The notes: generated from the sequence alone by a model not told the origin. Positions 40,488 through 51,051 are shown, counted from the first letter of the stretch. The stretch: DNA of 64,000 bases from Clostridiales bacterium (GCA_012838995.1 DUOD01000013.1:28561-92560); one strand, 5' to 3'. A program made the numbers and translations.

Positions 40488-40712
40488 TTATCCTATTTCC
40501 AACTCTTGAATCTCTATCTTTATCGACATTTTTTTGTTCAGATCCTCGATGATTTTTTTCTCATCCGGCCAACCACGATACTTTTTCTTCTCATCATCGC
40601 TTAAAACTACCTTATCCAGCACCTGCCTACCCGTCAACCTATTATCGCTAACAATGGTCTGCATAATCGGACAATTATCCACAACGGTAAGGACAGCATA
40701 AACGTATTTCAT
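40488..40712 (-). CDS. Hypothetical small protein (74 aa)
   Basis: An AGGGGGAC RBS lies 7 nt upstream of an internal ATG. Translation gives MKYVYAVLTVVDNCPIMQTIVSDNRLTGRQVLDKVVLSDDEKKKYRGWPDEKKIIEDL.... I recognise no family. Confidence 0.45.
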   Translation of the reverse strand: MKYVYAVLTVVDNCPIMQTIVSDNRLTGRQVLDKVVLSDDEKKKYRGWPDEKKIIEDLNKKMSIKIEIQELEIG

Positions 40713-40849
40713 ATTTAAAGTCCCCCTACTCAAAGCAAAATATCTTTTCTGTTGCATATTTACTAAAACATGTACTTTTTTAGTTTACTACAAATAATGT
40801 CATATTTCAACATTATTACATCATCAGACCGAACAATTATTTGTGGATC

Positions 40850-41464
40850 TCATTCTTCATTCGGTACTTTTTCATTATGGATAGCTTCTTGGACCGTGCT
40901 TTGGGTTGGACGGCTGTCTGCCAGTACAGTAACGATTATATCATCGGGTTTGTTTAATACAGTTAATTCCTCGGCAAATTCCACATCCTGAACCCTTAGT
41001 GATTGTCCGGGGACCATATTGGAAACATCGGCCTTTATAAAATGAGGTATACGGCTTAAAAAGCCAAACACTTCCACTTCCTTTAGTTGGTGCTGCAATA
41101 TACCTCCCCTCCGGGCAACGCTGCCGTAGCCCGTTATATTAATAGGCAATTTGGTTTTTATTTTTTTATCTTCTCTTATACTATACAGATCTATGTGCAA
41201 GATTTTTTGGGTTATAGGTTCCCTTTGTATTTCTCTTACTATAACAGGTCTTATTTTACCTTCCAGCATCACTTCAAAGACAGCGTTGCTGCCGTTTTGG
41301 GAAAGGATTCTCTGTAAAACTTTTTTATCCAACTTAATCCTTGTAGCGGGTAACTCCTTTCCGTATAATACACCGGGTACGTTACCCAGGCGCCTGATAT
41401 AATTGCCGGTTTCATTATCTCCGGGTATCATCCCCTCAATCCTAAATCTACAATCTCCATACAT
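40850..41464 (-). CDS. ctc: 50S ribosomal protein L25 / general stress protein Ctc
   Basis: L25 N-terminal beta-barrel motif (RRLGNVPGVLYGK) plus the Ctc-type C-terminal extension. Confidence 0.85.
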   Translation of the reverse strand: MYGDCRFRIEGMIPGDNETGNYIRRLGNVPGVLYGKELPATRIKLDKKVLQRILSQNGSNAVFEVMLEGKIRPVIVREIQREPITQKILHIDLYSIREDKKIKTKLPINITGYGSVARRGGILQHQLKEVEVFGFLSRIPHFIKADVSNMVPGQSLRVQDVEFAEELTVLNKPDDIIVTVLADSRPTQSTVQEAIHNEKVPNEE

Positions 41465-41559
41465 TTTTTACCCTCCTGTATATTTTAACTATTATGGTTC
41501 CCATAATACGTCGATTTTAAACAAGAGGGAAAAATAGATCATATGCCAGGAATAGTTCT

Positions 41560-42726
41560 TTATTTTTTCATGCTATTTTGATTTTTTAACTTTCCATTCT
41601 CAAAAATCACTTGTCCCTTGGCAATAACTGTATGGATATGTAGTTCATGGTCCATGATAACTATATCGCCTTGATATCCTTCCTTTATTCTGCCCTTTAT
41701 ATTGCTTAGACCTAAGGCCTTTGCCGGGTTTTGGGTTATCAATCCTATGCATTGCTCAAATCCGATTATATTCTGATCATTGATATTCTTTATTTCATCA
41801 ATTAAGGCAGATATCCGGGAAACGCCCGTACCCAGCACCTGCCCACGGCTGTCGAATACCGGCATACTGCCATTGGCATCAGAACTTACCGAAACGCTGC
41901 CTAGGTCAATATTTCTACTCTTCAGTATTGATAAGGATTGGCCTATGGACAACCCTCCGTCCTCCCACATACCGGCTGTCAGGTCTATCATACCACCCAG
42001 CCTGACAAACTCCATGCCCTCCTGTAATAAATCAGCGCTCCGGTTTATATGGGTGGGTATTATATGTCTTAAATACTTGGGAAACCTGGCAACCAATTCA
42101 ATTAAAGGTTTAAGGCCCACCTTTTCCGGACCTACATGTACGTGGACGATGCCGGGCTTTTTGGATAGGATAGAGGCTGTATATACCTGGGCAATTAAGT
42201 CCAACAATTCACTTTCTCTTAATTGTGACGACCTGTAGTCAGATACGGCCAGTTCACCCAGCCCTATTATATTATCAATGAAAACAATATCTTTCTTTAG
42301 ACTACCGGTTATTGTTGCAAAGGGCCGGCTGTAGCCGCCGCAGTAGATATAGCAGTCTATGCCCTGCATCTTTAATTTCTTGGCCTTGGCGTATAATTCT
42401 TCCATGGTTCTGGTTATGTTATCGGCACCCAGCAATCCAACTACAGTGGTAATTCCGTTGGCCACAATTTCTTCCAAGGATATTTCCTCTATCCGGGTAA
42501 GGGGTCCCCCTTCCCCTCCTCCGCCTATTATATGGACATGTTGGTCAATAAAACCGGGCACAGCGATCATTCCCGAAGCATCTATTACCCGTGCATGGCT
42601 TTGTAGCCAGCCCTCGACCCGGTGATTATCCAATATTTTATAAATGCTTTTACCTACCAGAACAACGGTTTTATATCCAAGATATTGCGGATCGTACACT
42701 TTTGCATTATTTATGACGGTAATCAT
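41560..42726 (-). CDS. iadA: Isoaspartyl dipeptidase-like amidohydrolase
   Basis: Metal-dependent amidohydrolase with PGFIDQHVHIIGGGGEGG at 388 aa. Confidence 0.7.
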   Translation of the reverse strand: MITVINNAKVYDPQYLGYKTVVLVGKSIYKILDNHRVEGWLQSHARVIDASGMIAVPGFIDQHVHIIGGGGEGGPLTRIEEISLEEIVANGITTVVGLLGADNITRTMEELYAKAKKLKMQGIDCYIYCGGYSRPFATITGSLKKDIVFIDNIIGLGELAVSDYRSSQLRESELLDLIAQVYTASILSKKPGIVHVHVGPEKVGLKPLIELVARFPKYLRHIIPTHINRSADLLQEGMEFVRLGGMIDLTAGMWEDGGLSIGQSLSILKSRNIDLGSVSVSSDANGSMPVFDSRGQVLGTGVSRISALIDEIKNINDQNIIGFEQCIGLITQNPAKALGLSNIKGRIKEGYQGDIVIMDHELHIHTVIAKGQVIFENGKLKNQNSMKK

Positions 42727-42790
42727 TTATGCCTCCTAAAGGAGCTGCCTGATTAACAAACGGGAACCACATCCCGCCCATTAAAAATGA

Positions 42791-43504
42791 TTACCTATCT
42801 TCCCTGTATTTATCCATAAGAAGACCTAAAATTTCCCCCGGCGTAGGCGGGGTATATGTAATGGCATTTGCTCCAGATTTTATGGTTTCTAGAATGGATT
42901 CATCATTGGGACCTCCGGTGGCTATTATAGGCACATAGGGAAAATTTTTCCTTATGTGCCGCACTATTTTTGGGGTATTTGAGGCCCCTGATACATTTAT
43001 TATGGACGCCCCGGCCTTTAACCGGCCTTCTATATCGCAGTTTTCAGAAACAACCGTTACCACTATGGGTATGTCTATAGTTTCGCTCAGTCGCCTTATG
43101 GTTTCATTGGGAGTGGGTGCATTTACCACAACACCGATGGCACCCTGAAATTCGGCGTCCATGGCGATATTTATCACTCTGTTGCCTTGGGTTATACCAC
43201 CCCCTACACCGCAAAATACCGGCACGTCGGCTGCCATCATAATGGTATGGGTAATCACCGGCTGGGGTGTAAAAGGATATACTGCTATCACTGCATCGGC
43301 ATTGGCATTTTTTATAATTGCAACATCGGTGGTAAAAATCAGAGACTTTATCCTTTTACCAAAAATTTTTATACCGCTTGCCTTCCTGATAACCTGGGGA
43401 ATTTCTATCATATGCCGTCTCAAGACGCCCTTAATTTCAGGTATAAACTTTTCTGTCATATAAACACCTCGCTTACCTTCTATTATTTCCCTTAACCGCC
43501 CCAA
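42791..43504 (-). CDS. Uncharacterised (beta/alpha)8-barrel-like protein (237 aa)
   Basis: Alternating beta/alpha pattern with Gly-rich phosphate-binding-like segments (VFCGVGGGIT, IIATGGPNDE). It weakly resembles NanE/ThiE-type barrels; I could not assign a family. Confidence 0.4.
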   Translation of the reverse strand: MGRLREIIEGKRGVYMTEKFIPEIKGVLRRHMIEIPQVIRKASGIKIFGKRIKSLIFTTDVAIIKNANADAVIAVYPFTPQPVITHTIMMAADVPVFCGVGGGITQGNRVINIAMDAEFQGAIGVVVNAPTPNETIRRLSETIDIPIVVTVVSENCDIEGRLKAGASIINVSGASNTPKIVRHIRKNFPYVPIIATGGPNDESILETIKSGANAITYTPPTPGEILGLLMDKYREDR

Positions 43505-43948
43505 ATTGCCTTTATCGGATAAAAAAGAAATCTTTTCCTTAATTTCTTCACATAAAAATATAATATATTTATTGTTATATCCTTAAAACAGAAATACTTT
43601 GCACCCCTTAAGACCTGAGAAACTATAATGTAATCAAACGGGATGGAAACCAATGGGTTGGACAATATATTGGTTAAAAACATAATAACACTTTAAAAAG
43701 CATAATTCAATGATAAATTTGTGTTCATATATATAAGGTAAATTAGAGAAATAAATCATAAAAAAATATTTTATTTTATTTGATTTTACAAATTTTTTAT
43801 GCTATAGTTTTAATCAGAGTTTTTAAAAGAAGTCCACATTAAAGGGTTGGGACATCTGCTGAACTAACTAGCCATTGAGGTTAGTGCATCGGTTGAACTA
43901 ACCTTCCCCCATGTGGATTTCAAAATATTTTATAAGGGGGAAAAGGAC

Positions 43949-44341
43949 ATGGACACATATTCAAGGCACTGTATTATTGAACTTTGGGATTGCAATTCTG
44001 AGTATTTGAACGATCGCCAAATGATTGAAAAGCTTATGGTGGAAGCGGCACTGGAAGCCGGTGCAGAAGTTAGAGAAGTAGCTTTTCACAAGTTTGCACC
44101 CCAAGGCGTTTCAGGAGTTGTAATTATCTCGGAATCCCACCTTGCAATTCATACATTCCCAGAAAGCGGATATGCCAGTGTTGATGTATTTACCTGTGGC
44201 CAACGCATAAATCCGAAGGAGGCTGCCTACCTTATCGGGAAAAAACTGGATTGCAAAAGAATATATGAGATAAACCTCGAAAGGGGACAAGGCGAAATCA
44301 AAGTTGTGGACGGTTTTGGTGAGGGATCAAAAATAGCGTAA
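43949..44341 (+). CDS. speD: S-adenosylmethionine decarboxylase proenzyme (class 1, SpeH-type)
   Basis: [12 protein letters not shown]...[13 protein letters not shown] contains the ES/H processing and pyruvoyl motif. A GGGGG RBS lies before the internal ATG. Confidence 0.85.
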   Translation: MDTYSRHCIIELWDCNSEYLNDRQMIEKLMVEAALEAGAEVREVAFHKFAPQGVSGVVIISESHLAIHTFPESGYASVDVFTCGQRINPKEAAYLIGKKLDCKRIYEINLERGQGEIKVVDGFGEGSKIA

Positions 44342-44374
44342 AAAAAGAGGGGCAAAACAATAGCCTCTCTTTTT

Positions 44375-46132
44375 TTAAACCGCTTTTGCAAAGATTATCT
44401 CATTTAGTTGCTGCTCGTCCAGTGTTTCCTTCTCCAAAAGACTTTGGGCAATGGCGTGGAGCAGCGAAAGATTTTCCTTTAAAACCTTCTTTGTGCTGTT
44501 ATACAACTCCTCCATTTGTTTTCGACATTCTATAATTATATCATCGCCAATACCCTCGGAAGAACCGTATAAAATATCGTAGTTAAGCATGCCGGCCTTA
44601 TTATTCATCCCGAACCTTTTTACAAGGGATACTATTATCTGGGTGGCCTTTTCCAGGTCATTGGAAGCACCGGTGGTTATCCCGTCCCGGCCGAAGACCA
44701 ATTCTTCAGCCGCTCTTCCGGCAAGGCATATCTTTATTTGTTTTTCCATATCCCTTTTGCTGTGATACATTCTATCGGGTGGTATATTCATGCTAAACCC
44801 GCCGGCTCCTTTTGTGCTGGGTATTATGGTAACCTTGGTAACCCTGTTTTCAGGTGCCAGCAACCGCGTTGCCAGTGCATGTCCGGCCTCGTGATAGGCG
44901 GTAATGTATTTATCCTTCTCTATTAATGAACTCCTATCCTTCTTTTCCGAACCTGCCACCACGGTATAAAAGGCCTTGTCTATATCTGATTTTTTGATAG
45001 TACCCGAACCCCTTTTAGCTGCAAGTATGGCGGCTTCGTTTAATAGGTTTTCCAGCATGGCACCGCTGAAAAAGACCGTTTGCTCCGCCAGCTCCTTTAA
45101 GTCCACCGTGGCATCCAACGGCTTGTTTTTACTGTGGAGCTTGAGTATTTGCAGTCTGCCATTGACGTCGGGAAGGCCGATCTCAATGTGCCTGTCAAAA
45201 CGACCGGGCCTTAACAGGGCATCATCCAGCACATCCAGTCTATTTGTAGCAGCAATGACCACTATACCCTCGTTCTCATCAAAACCCGACATTTCTGAAA
45301 GCAATGCGTTCAGGGTTTGATCCCTTTCGTCGTTACCACCGTCAATACCGCCACTTCTTTTTTTACCCAGGGCATCAATCTCGTCGATAAAGATAACGCA
45401 TTTTCCGCTTTGGCGGGCCTTTTTAAACAAGTCCCTGATTCTCCCTGCGCCCAAACCTACATAAACCTGGACGAAATCCGAACCCGAAACGGCATAAAAG
45501 GGCACCTGGGCCTCGCCCGCCAGGGCCTTGGCCATCAAGGTTTTACCGGTACCCGGCGGTCCATGGAATATTATACCCCTGGGCAATCGGGCGCCGTACT
45601 TTGTATACTTCTTTGGATTCTTGATAAAGTCCACCAGTTCCTTTACACTTTCTTTAGCCTCTTCATTACCGGCAACACTGCTAAAATCCACTTCTACAGT
45701 GCTGTTGTCGTCCACGTTTACAGAAGATAATTTGGCCATACTGTTTTGTGTCTGCCTGGAGGATTTTCTGTCCAAAAAGTAAATAATACCGACAAAAAGA
45801 CCTATCAACAAAACAAAACTAAGAATATTCTCCGCAGTAAAACTTCCGTTTTTTTCTTCCACCTTTACGCCTTGTAACAACAACTCTTCCTTTAAGCTGG
45901 GTTTCCTGGGGTTATCGGTGATAAAAACATCACCGTTTTTATAAATTCCCCGGAGTTTGTCCCTGTCTTCTAAATATACCCTATCAATTTTCCCCGCTTT
46001 TACATCCTCCACAAATTTCCTATAGGTTATCTCCCTTTCCGGAGGAGTATTCCCTGCGGTGAAACTTAACAGGCTAACAATAATTATTATTGCTAAAAGG
46101 CTGTAAATAATGACTCTTTTCTTAACCTTCAA
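44375..46132 (-). CDS. ftsH: ATP-dependent zinc metalloprotease FtsH
   Basis: Two N-terminal transmembrane helices, an AAA Walker A (GPPGTGKT), an SRH motif and the HEAGHAL zinc motif. Confidence 0.9.
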   Translation of the reverse strand: MKVKKRVIIYSLLAIIIIVSLLSFTAGNTPPEREITYRKFVEDVKAGKIDRVYLEDRDKLRGIYKNGDVFITDNPRKPSLKEELLLQGVKVEEKNGSFTAENILSFVLLIGLFVGIIYFLDRKSSRQTQNSMAKLSSVNVDDNSTVEVDFSSVAGNEEAKESVKELVDFIKNPKKYTKYGARLPRGIIFHGPPGTGKTLMAKALAGEAQVPFYAVSGSDFVQVYVGLGAGRIRDLFKKARQSGKCVIFIDEIDALGKKRSGGIDGGNDERDQTLNALLSEMSGFDENEGIVVIAATNRLDVLDDALLRPGRFDRHIEIGLPDVNGRLQILKLHSKNKPLDATVDLKELAEQTVFFSGAMLENLLNEAAILAAKRGSGTIKKSDIDKAFYTVVAGSEKKDRSSLIEKDKYITAYHEAGHALATRLLAPENRVTKVTIIPSTKGAGGFSMNIPPDRMYHSKRDMEKQIKICLAGRAAEELVFGRDGITTGASNDLEKATQIIVSLVKRFGMNNKAGMLNYDILYGSSEGIGDDIIIECRKQMEELYNSTKKVLKENLSLLHAIAQSLLEKETLDEQQLNEIIFAKAV

Positions 46133-46280
46133 TATTACAACCCCCGTTGTTTACATAATATCTACTACTACCATTATAACCTTTTCAGCAATAATAATCT
46201 ATGGAATTCTTTAGCATGGAATAGGTAGGCATTTTAATAGGGGGTTTTTAACCTTTATCGTAAGGTGGACAAGGGGTTTA

Positions 46281-46694
46281 TTATTCTCCCATAACCTTGA
46301 TTATCAATCTTTTATGTCGCTGGCCGTCGTATTCCGCATAAAACACCTGCTGCCATGTTCCAAGGTCCAACCTGCCCTTGGTTACCGGGATTATCACCTG
46401 ATGTCCGGTTAATATGTTTTTTAGGTGACTGTCTCCATTGTTCTCTCCCGTCCAATGATGGTGATAATCATCCTTATAAGGCGCTAACCTCTCCAGCATT
46501 TCATCTATATCTCGTAAAATCCCGCTTTCGTTGTCGTTGATAAATACCCCGGCCGTAATGTGCATGGCAGATACAAGCACCATTCCCTCCTGTATTCCGC
46601 TTTCATCAAGTGCCTGCTCCACCTCGCCGGTAATATTTATGTACTCCCTACGCTTTTTTGTGTTGAAGGTAAGGTACTTGGTGTGAAATTTCAT
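46281..46694 (-). CDS. yjbQ: YjbQ family protein (secondary thiamine-phosphate synthase, UPF0047)
   Basis: The 137-aa sequence matches YjbQ along its whole length, including the [15 protein letters not shown] motif. Confidence 0.85.
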   Translation of the reverse strand: MKFHTKYLTFNTKKRREYINITGEVEQALDESGIQEGMVLVSAMHITAGVFINDNESGILRDIDEMLERLAPYKDDYHHHWTGENNGDSHLKNILTGHQVIIPVTKGRLDLGTWQQVFYAEYDGQRHKRLIIKVMGE

Positions 46695-46958
46695 AAATGC
46701 AAGCCTCCTTTTTATAAGTATTTATATCCTTAACTTCCATTATATTACTGGTTTAAGCCGTTATGGTTAGACCAAAACTAGTTGTGGTGGTTAGATGAGC
46801 AAAACAAGATTGCAAGTAATAAACAAAAATATAACAGCTAAAAGGAACAGGCTGGAAAGATGTATGGACCAGAAACATTTCAACCTTAATGATCCCCAAA
46901 TCCTACATCTTAGCCGGGATCTCGACGAGTTGGTCCTCCTATATTACAGATGCCAAGA

Positions 46959-48680
46959 TTAATAACGCACCTGTAAGACCCTTAACCTATTTATGGCTGC
47001 GGCTATTTCCTGTTTCCTGGGCAAGGCATATTCCCCCGGGTGCTGTCCGTAAAAGGGAGATATTACATCCAGGCCATAGGTATCTATATCCCTAAGTACA
47101 TTATCTATTATGGAGTTTAAAGTTCTGTGACCGTCGATGAATTTCTTTAGAGCGTATTGTATTATAAGGGCCACTGCCTGGGTTTGGTTAACATCTATCA
47201 ATTGTTCCACATAATCCAATTCAAGACTGGTCAAACCGTATTGTATGGTGTCCACTCCCCTGGTACGCACCTTTGTTTTTCTGCCCTCCAATGAAAGGCT
47301 GTGGGGCATGGGGATTCTTGGAGTAATATGAAAGTCGCAACCTTGGTCCTTTGTCTGTCTTAAAACGGGAATTTGTCGGGAAATTTCCTTGGCCTGTAAT
47401 GTTACATCCCTGGGCATATAATTATCCATCATTATCACCCTGTCGGCTACATCAAAATAATCTCCCGAACCTCCCAATACCAAAATGGTGGAAACACCAA
47501 GCTTGTTGTATATCTGTCTTACCCTGTCTATAAAAGGAGTAATGGGTTCTTTTTCGTCCCGCACCAGTTCTTGCATCCTTGCGTCCCTTATCATAAAATT
47601 TGTTGCGCTGGTATCCTCATCCAACAATAACAGCTTGGACTCCACTTCCAGAGCTTCTATAATATTTGCAGCTTGGGATGTACTGCCGCTGGCATTGTCG
47701 GTGGAAAATTTCGTAGTATCAACGTTGTTGGGTAAATTGGAAATAAAAGGGCTGATATCCACCTGCTCGATCCTGCGGCCGTCCTCTGCCCGCACCTTAA
47801 CTCCGCTTGGGACGGTAACGACATATTCCCGGCCGTCTCCGGGTATATGGTTGTAAACACCCCTTTCTATGGCTCTGAGTAGAGTAGATTTACCGTGGTA
47901 GCCACCGCCCACTATTAACGTTACCCCTTGGGGTATCCCCATTCCCTTTATAGGTCCCCCATTGGGCAGGGAAATCTCTATTTCCAGGGAAGGAGGGCTT
48001 ATAAATTTTTTTACATTATCCTTAAGGGTAAGGGGCTTGTCACTGACCCCGCTTTCCCTGGGCAATATTGAACCGTTAGCTATGAAGGCAACGATGTTAT
48101 ATTTCTCCAGTTGTTGACGCAAAAAATGCTGATCCTCGCATACCAGAACATGGTTTTTTAACCGTGACTTGTCCAGATTGTTATAGTAAAGGGATCTTTC
48201 TATGATTTTAGGAAGTTCGTTAAACAGCATTTCTTCGGCCTGGCGTGCCAGAATTGTCCTGCCTGCCGCGGGCAGGCCCATGGTTAGCCTGGCTTCAATA
48301 AAGTCGGAAGTTATTACAACAGAAGTTCTTTTTAATATCTCCTGTCCGCATCTTTGGATGGATATCCTTCCGCTTTTACCGGTGCCCCTGTTATTTTTAC
48401 ATATCAACCCTATCTGCCTGTATATCTGTCTGGTAAGGTAATCTTCCAGGGCGGTTTTCCGTATTTCGCTATTATATAAATCCTGCGGTAAACCCGCGAT
48501 TTTATTGGGTAACCTTACCCTTATCCGGGAAGGTGAAGCAAAGGGATCGCCTTGGACATGATCTATGTACAAATCAAATTGTTCAAATGTATATTGCCCG
48601 GCAATGTCCTTATACGCTTTATAGCCCCTGCCGTCTATCCTGTTTAATATACTCCTTAAAGTTACCTTTTCCCTTATCAT
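46959..48680 (-). CDS. Standalone ABC-class ATPase of unknown function (573 aa, of the 'predicted ATPase of the ABC class' family)
   Basis: Walker A (GGGYHGKST) and Walker B (LLLLDEDTSATNF) sit within a large soluble protein. No transporter permease gene lies nearby. Confidence 0.7.
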   Translation of the reverse strand: MIREKVTLRSILNRIDGRGYKAYKDIAGQYTFEQFDLYIDHVQGDPFASPSRIRVRLPNKIAGLPQDLYNSEIRKTALEDYLTRQIYRQIGLICKNNRGTGKSGRISIQRCGQEILKRTSVVITSDFIEARLTMGLPAAGRTILARQAEEMLFNELPKIIERSLYYNNLDKSRLKNHVLVCEDQHFLRQQLEKYNIVAFIANGSILPRESGVSDKPLTLKDNVKKFISPPSLEIEISLPNGGPIKGMGIPQGVTLIVGGGYHGKSTLLRAIERGVYNHIPGDGREYVVTVPSGVKVRAEDGRRIEQVDISPFISNLPNNVDTTKFSTDNASGSTSQAANIIEALEVESKLLLLDEDTSATNFMIRDARMQELVRDEKEPITPFIDRVRQIYNKLGVSTILVLGGSGDYFDVADRVIMMDNYMPRDVTLQAKEISRQIPVLRQTKDQGCDFHITPRIPMPHSLSLEGRKTKVRTRGVDTIQYGLTSLELDYVEQLIDVNQTQAVALIIQYALKKFIDGHRTLNSIIDNVLRDIDTYGLDVISPFYGQHPGEYALPRKQEIAAAINRLRVLQVRY

Positions 48681-48710
48681 TACTCGCCTCCACCTTTAAA
48701 AAATGCTTGT

Positions 48711-49877
48711 TTATTGCGGTTTGATTGCTATTAATTCCTTACCTTCCAAGGCATCTTTTATCAGCTTGTCCATATCCAGTTTCTTTTCAGAATTCTCTAT
48801 TTGATCCAGCTTGGGCTTTGTAACCGGGTGTTTTGGTACAAATACGGTACAACAATCTTCATAGGGCAGGATAGAAATTTGATAGGTACCTATATCCTTT
48901 GCCCTGTCCATAATTTCGACCTTGTCCAGACCAATCAACGGTCTTAAAACCGGCATATTTACAGCGGAGTTGGTCACATGAAGGCTTTCAATGGTCTGGC
49001 TGGCCACCTGTCCTAGGCTTTCTCCTGTTACCAAAGCGCCCCCGCCTGTGGCCAGAGCGATCCGCTCGGCGATCTTCATCATAGAACGCCTCATTAATAC
49101 GGTAATTTGGCTGTCGGGACATTTTTCGTATATTTCCTGTTGTATGGTTGTAAAGGGTATAATATGCAGATTTATATCTCCCATATATTCCGATAATACC
49201 CTACATAGATCAATTACCTTTTCCTTGGCCCTTTCGCTGGTAAAAGGAAAGCTATGGAAATAGACCGCTTCCGGCTTGACACCCCTCTTTGCAATCATCC
49301 AACCGGCAACGGGACTGTCTATCCCACCGGAAAGCAACAGAACAACCTTACCGTTTGCTCCCACCGGCATGCCACCCGGTCCTGGGTATATATCGGTATA
49401 AATGTATGCCCTATCCCGTACTTCCACATACAGGATTTTATCGGGGTTATGCACATCTACTTTAATACCGGGTATGTTCCGGAGTACGGCCGCCCCCGAT
49501 TGTCTACTGATCTGGGGGGATGTAAGTGGAAATCTTTTATCCGCCCTTCTGGCTTCTACTTTAAAGGTTTTTACGCCACCGTCCATGGAGTTTTTAAAAA
49601 CTTCCACACATGTTTTTGTTATGTCCTCCATATTTTTTTCGGTAACAAATACCGGACTTAGGGATACTATTCCAAACACCTTGGAAAGCCTTTCCAAGGC
49701 ATGATTGACATTATCAATCCCAGAAACAAATATACGGCCCTGGGTCCTTATGATCTCTATCCCTCCACTGCTTCCTAATACGGCCTTTATATTGTCCATC
49801 AGTTTTCTCTCAAAAAAAGGGCGATTAAGGCCCTTGAGATGAATTTCACCATACCGAACAAGAATGAGTTTTTCCAA
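48711..49877 (-). CDS. thiI: tRNA 4-thiouridine(8) synthase ThiI (short form without a rhodanese domain)
   Basis: THUMP N-terminus (LVRYGEIHLKG) and a PP-loop (LLSGGIDSPVA). Confidence 0.9.
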   Translation of the reverse strand: MEKLILVRYGEIHLKGLNRPFFERKLMDNIKAVLGSSGGIEIIRTQGRIFVSGIDNVNHALERLSKVFGIVSLSPVFVTEKNMEDITKTCVEVFKNSMDGGVKTFKVEARRADKRFPLTSPQISRQSGAAVLRNIPGIKVDVHNPDKILYVEVRDRAYIYTDIYPGPGGMPVGANGKVVLLLSGGIDSPVAGWMIAKRGVKPEAVYFHSFPFTSERAKEKVIDLCRVLSEYMGDINLHIIPFTTIQQEIYEKCPDSQITVLMRRSMMKIAERIALATGGGALVTGESLGQVASQTIESLHVTNSAVNMPVLRPLIGLDKVEIMDRAKDIGTYQISILPYEDCCTVFVPKHPVTKPKLDQIENSEKKLDMDKLIKDALEGKELIAIKPQ

Positions 49878-49881
49878 GGTT

Positions 49882-51051
49882 CTACCTCCTGATAAATTTT
49901 CTTAATTGTTCCACTATTTGTTTTACAATGTTTATTGTATAGTCTATTTCCTCCATTTCATTAAATAAGGAAAAACTAAACCTTATGGCACCTATGGCAA
50001 AGCTGTCAATAAGCCCTATAGCCCGGAGCACATGACTGATCCGTGCCCTTCTGGAAGAACACGCCGCGCCGGTACTGACGAAAACTCCATATTTTTCCAA
50101 TGCATGGACCAAAACTTCGCCTCTGATATCGTTAAAGGAAATATTGACAATATGGGGAGCACCCTCTTTTACTGACGGTCCGTTCAAACGACAATCATCT
50201 ATAGTGTCTAAAATACCCTTGGTCAGCCTTTCCTTCAACATATACAACTTATTGGGATGCTTTTCCTTAAGTAAGGCCATGTCAACTATAGCCTGGGCAA
50301 ACCCCGCTATCCCCGGCATGTTCTCGGTACCCGGCCGCAGGTCAAATTCCTGCCCTCCGCCCATCATCATACCGGACAACTTGGTTCCCTTTTTAATATA
50401 TAAAGCACCCACACCTTTGGGACCGTGGATTTTATGGGCACTAATGGAAAAAAGATCGACATAAGGCATATTCTTAAGATCTATATCCAGTTTTCCAAAG
50501 GCTTGTATACCGTCAACATGGAATAGGGTATTGGGGGAGATTTGTTTAATAATTCTGCCTATTTCCTCTATGGGTTGTATGGTTCCTATTTCGTTATTTA
50601 CATACATAATGCTTACCAAAGAGGTATCCTTGTCAATAACCTCCTTAAGACTGTGCAGGTCTACCACACCCCTTTGGTCAACGGGCAAATAGCAAACCTT
50701 TGCTCCCATTTGTTCCAGCCCATTAAAAACATTCAGCACCGATGGATGTTCAATGGTGCTTGTAACCAAACGGCTGTTTTTATTTTTGTTCAAAGATGCC
50801 ACACCCATTATTGCAAGATTGTTTGCCTCCGTCCCTCCGGAAGTAAATACTATTTCCTGGGCACTGCAATTAAGGGCCCGGGCAACGGTCTCACGGCTGT
50901 TTTTCAGTATTTTTTCTGCGGCCAGGCCCATGGCGTGGAGAGAGGAAGGATTTCCATAGTCATCCTCCAGACATTTAAGCATCGCCCGAACTACGTTTTT
51001 AGTGGGCTTTGTGGTTGCACTGTTATCAAGATAAATTTCTTTGTTGGCCAT
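49882..51051 (-). CDS. Cysteine desulfurase (NifS/IscS class V aminotransferase), ThiI partner
   Basis: YLDNSATT N-terminus, the PLP lysine region (SISAHKIHGPKG) and the active Cys region (GAACSS). Confidence 0.85.
   Translation of the reverse strand: MANKEIYLDNSATTKPTKNVVRAMLKCLEDDYGNPSSLHAMGLAAEKILKNSRETVARALNCSAQEIVFTSGGTEANNLAIMGVASLNKNKNSRLVTSTIEHPSVLNVFNGLEQMGAKVCYLPVDQRGVVDLHSLKEVIDKDTSLVSIMYVNNEIGTIQPIEEIGRIIKQISPNTLFHVDGIQAFGKLDIDLKNMPYVDLFSISAHKIHGPKGVGALYIKKGTKLSGMMMGGGQEFDLRPGTENMPGIAGFAQAIVDMALLKEKHPNKLYMLKERLTKGILDTIDDCRLNGPSVKEGAPHIVNISFNDIRGEVLVHALEKYGVFVSTGAACSSRRARISHVLRAIGLIDSFAIGAIRFSFSLFNEMEEIDYTINIVKQIVEQLRKFIRR

Noticed and set aside
43492-43683. 63-aa minus-strand ORF in the long AT-rich region upstream of speD
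   Set aside because: Low-complexity AT-rich translation (FLTNILSN...KKLRKRFLFY), no RBS, and it overlaps a probable promoter region. It is likely non-coding.
46848-46958. tRNA-like or TPP-riboswitch-like sequence (GTCGAGATCCCGGCTAAG...) between the ABC-ATPase gene and yjbQ
   Set aside because: I could not fold a cloverleaf: there is no proper T-arm and no acceptor pairing. I also could not find the TPP riboswitch core motifs (CUGAGA, ACCUGAUCUGGAUAAUGCCAGCG). It is probably ordinary intergenic sequence with a weak hairpin.
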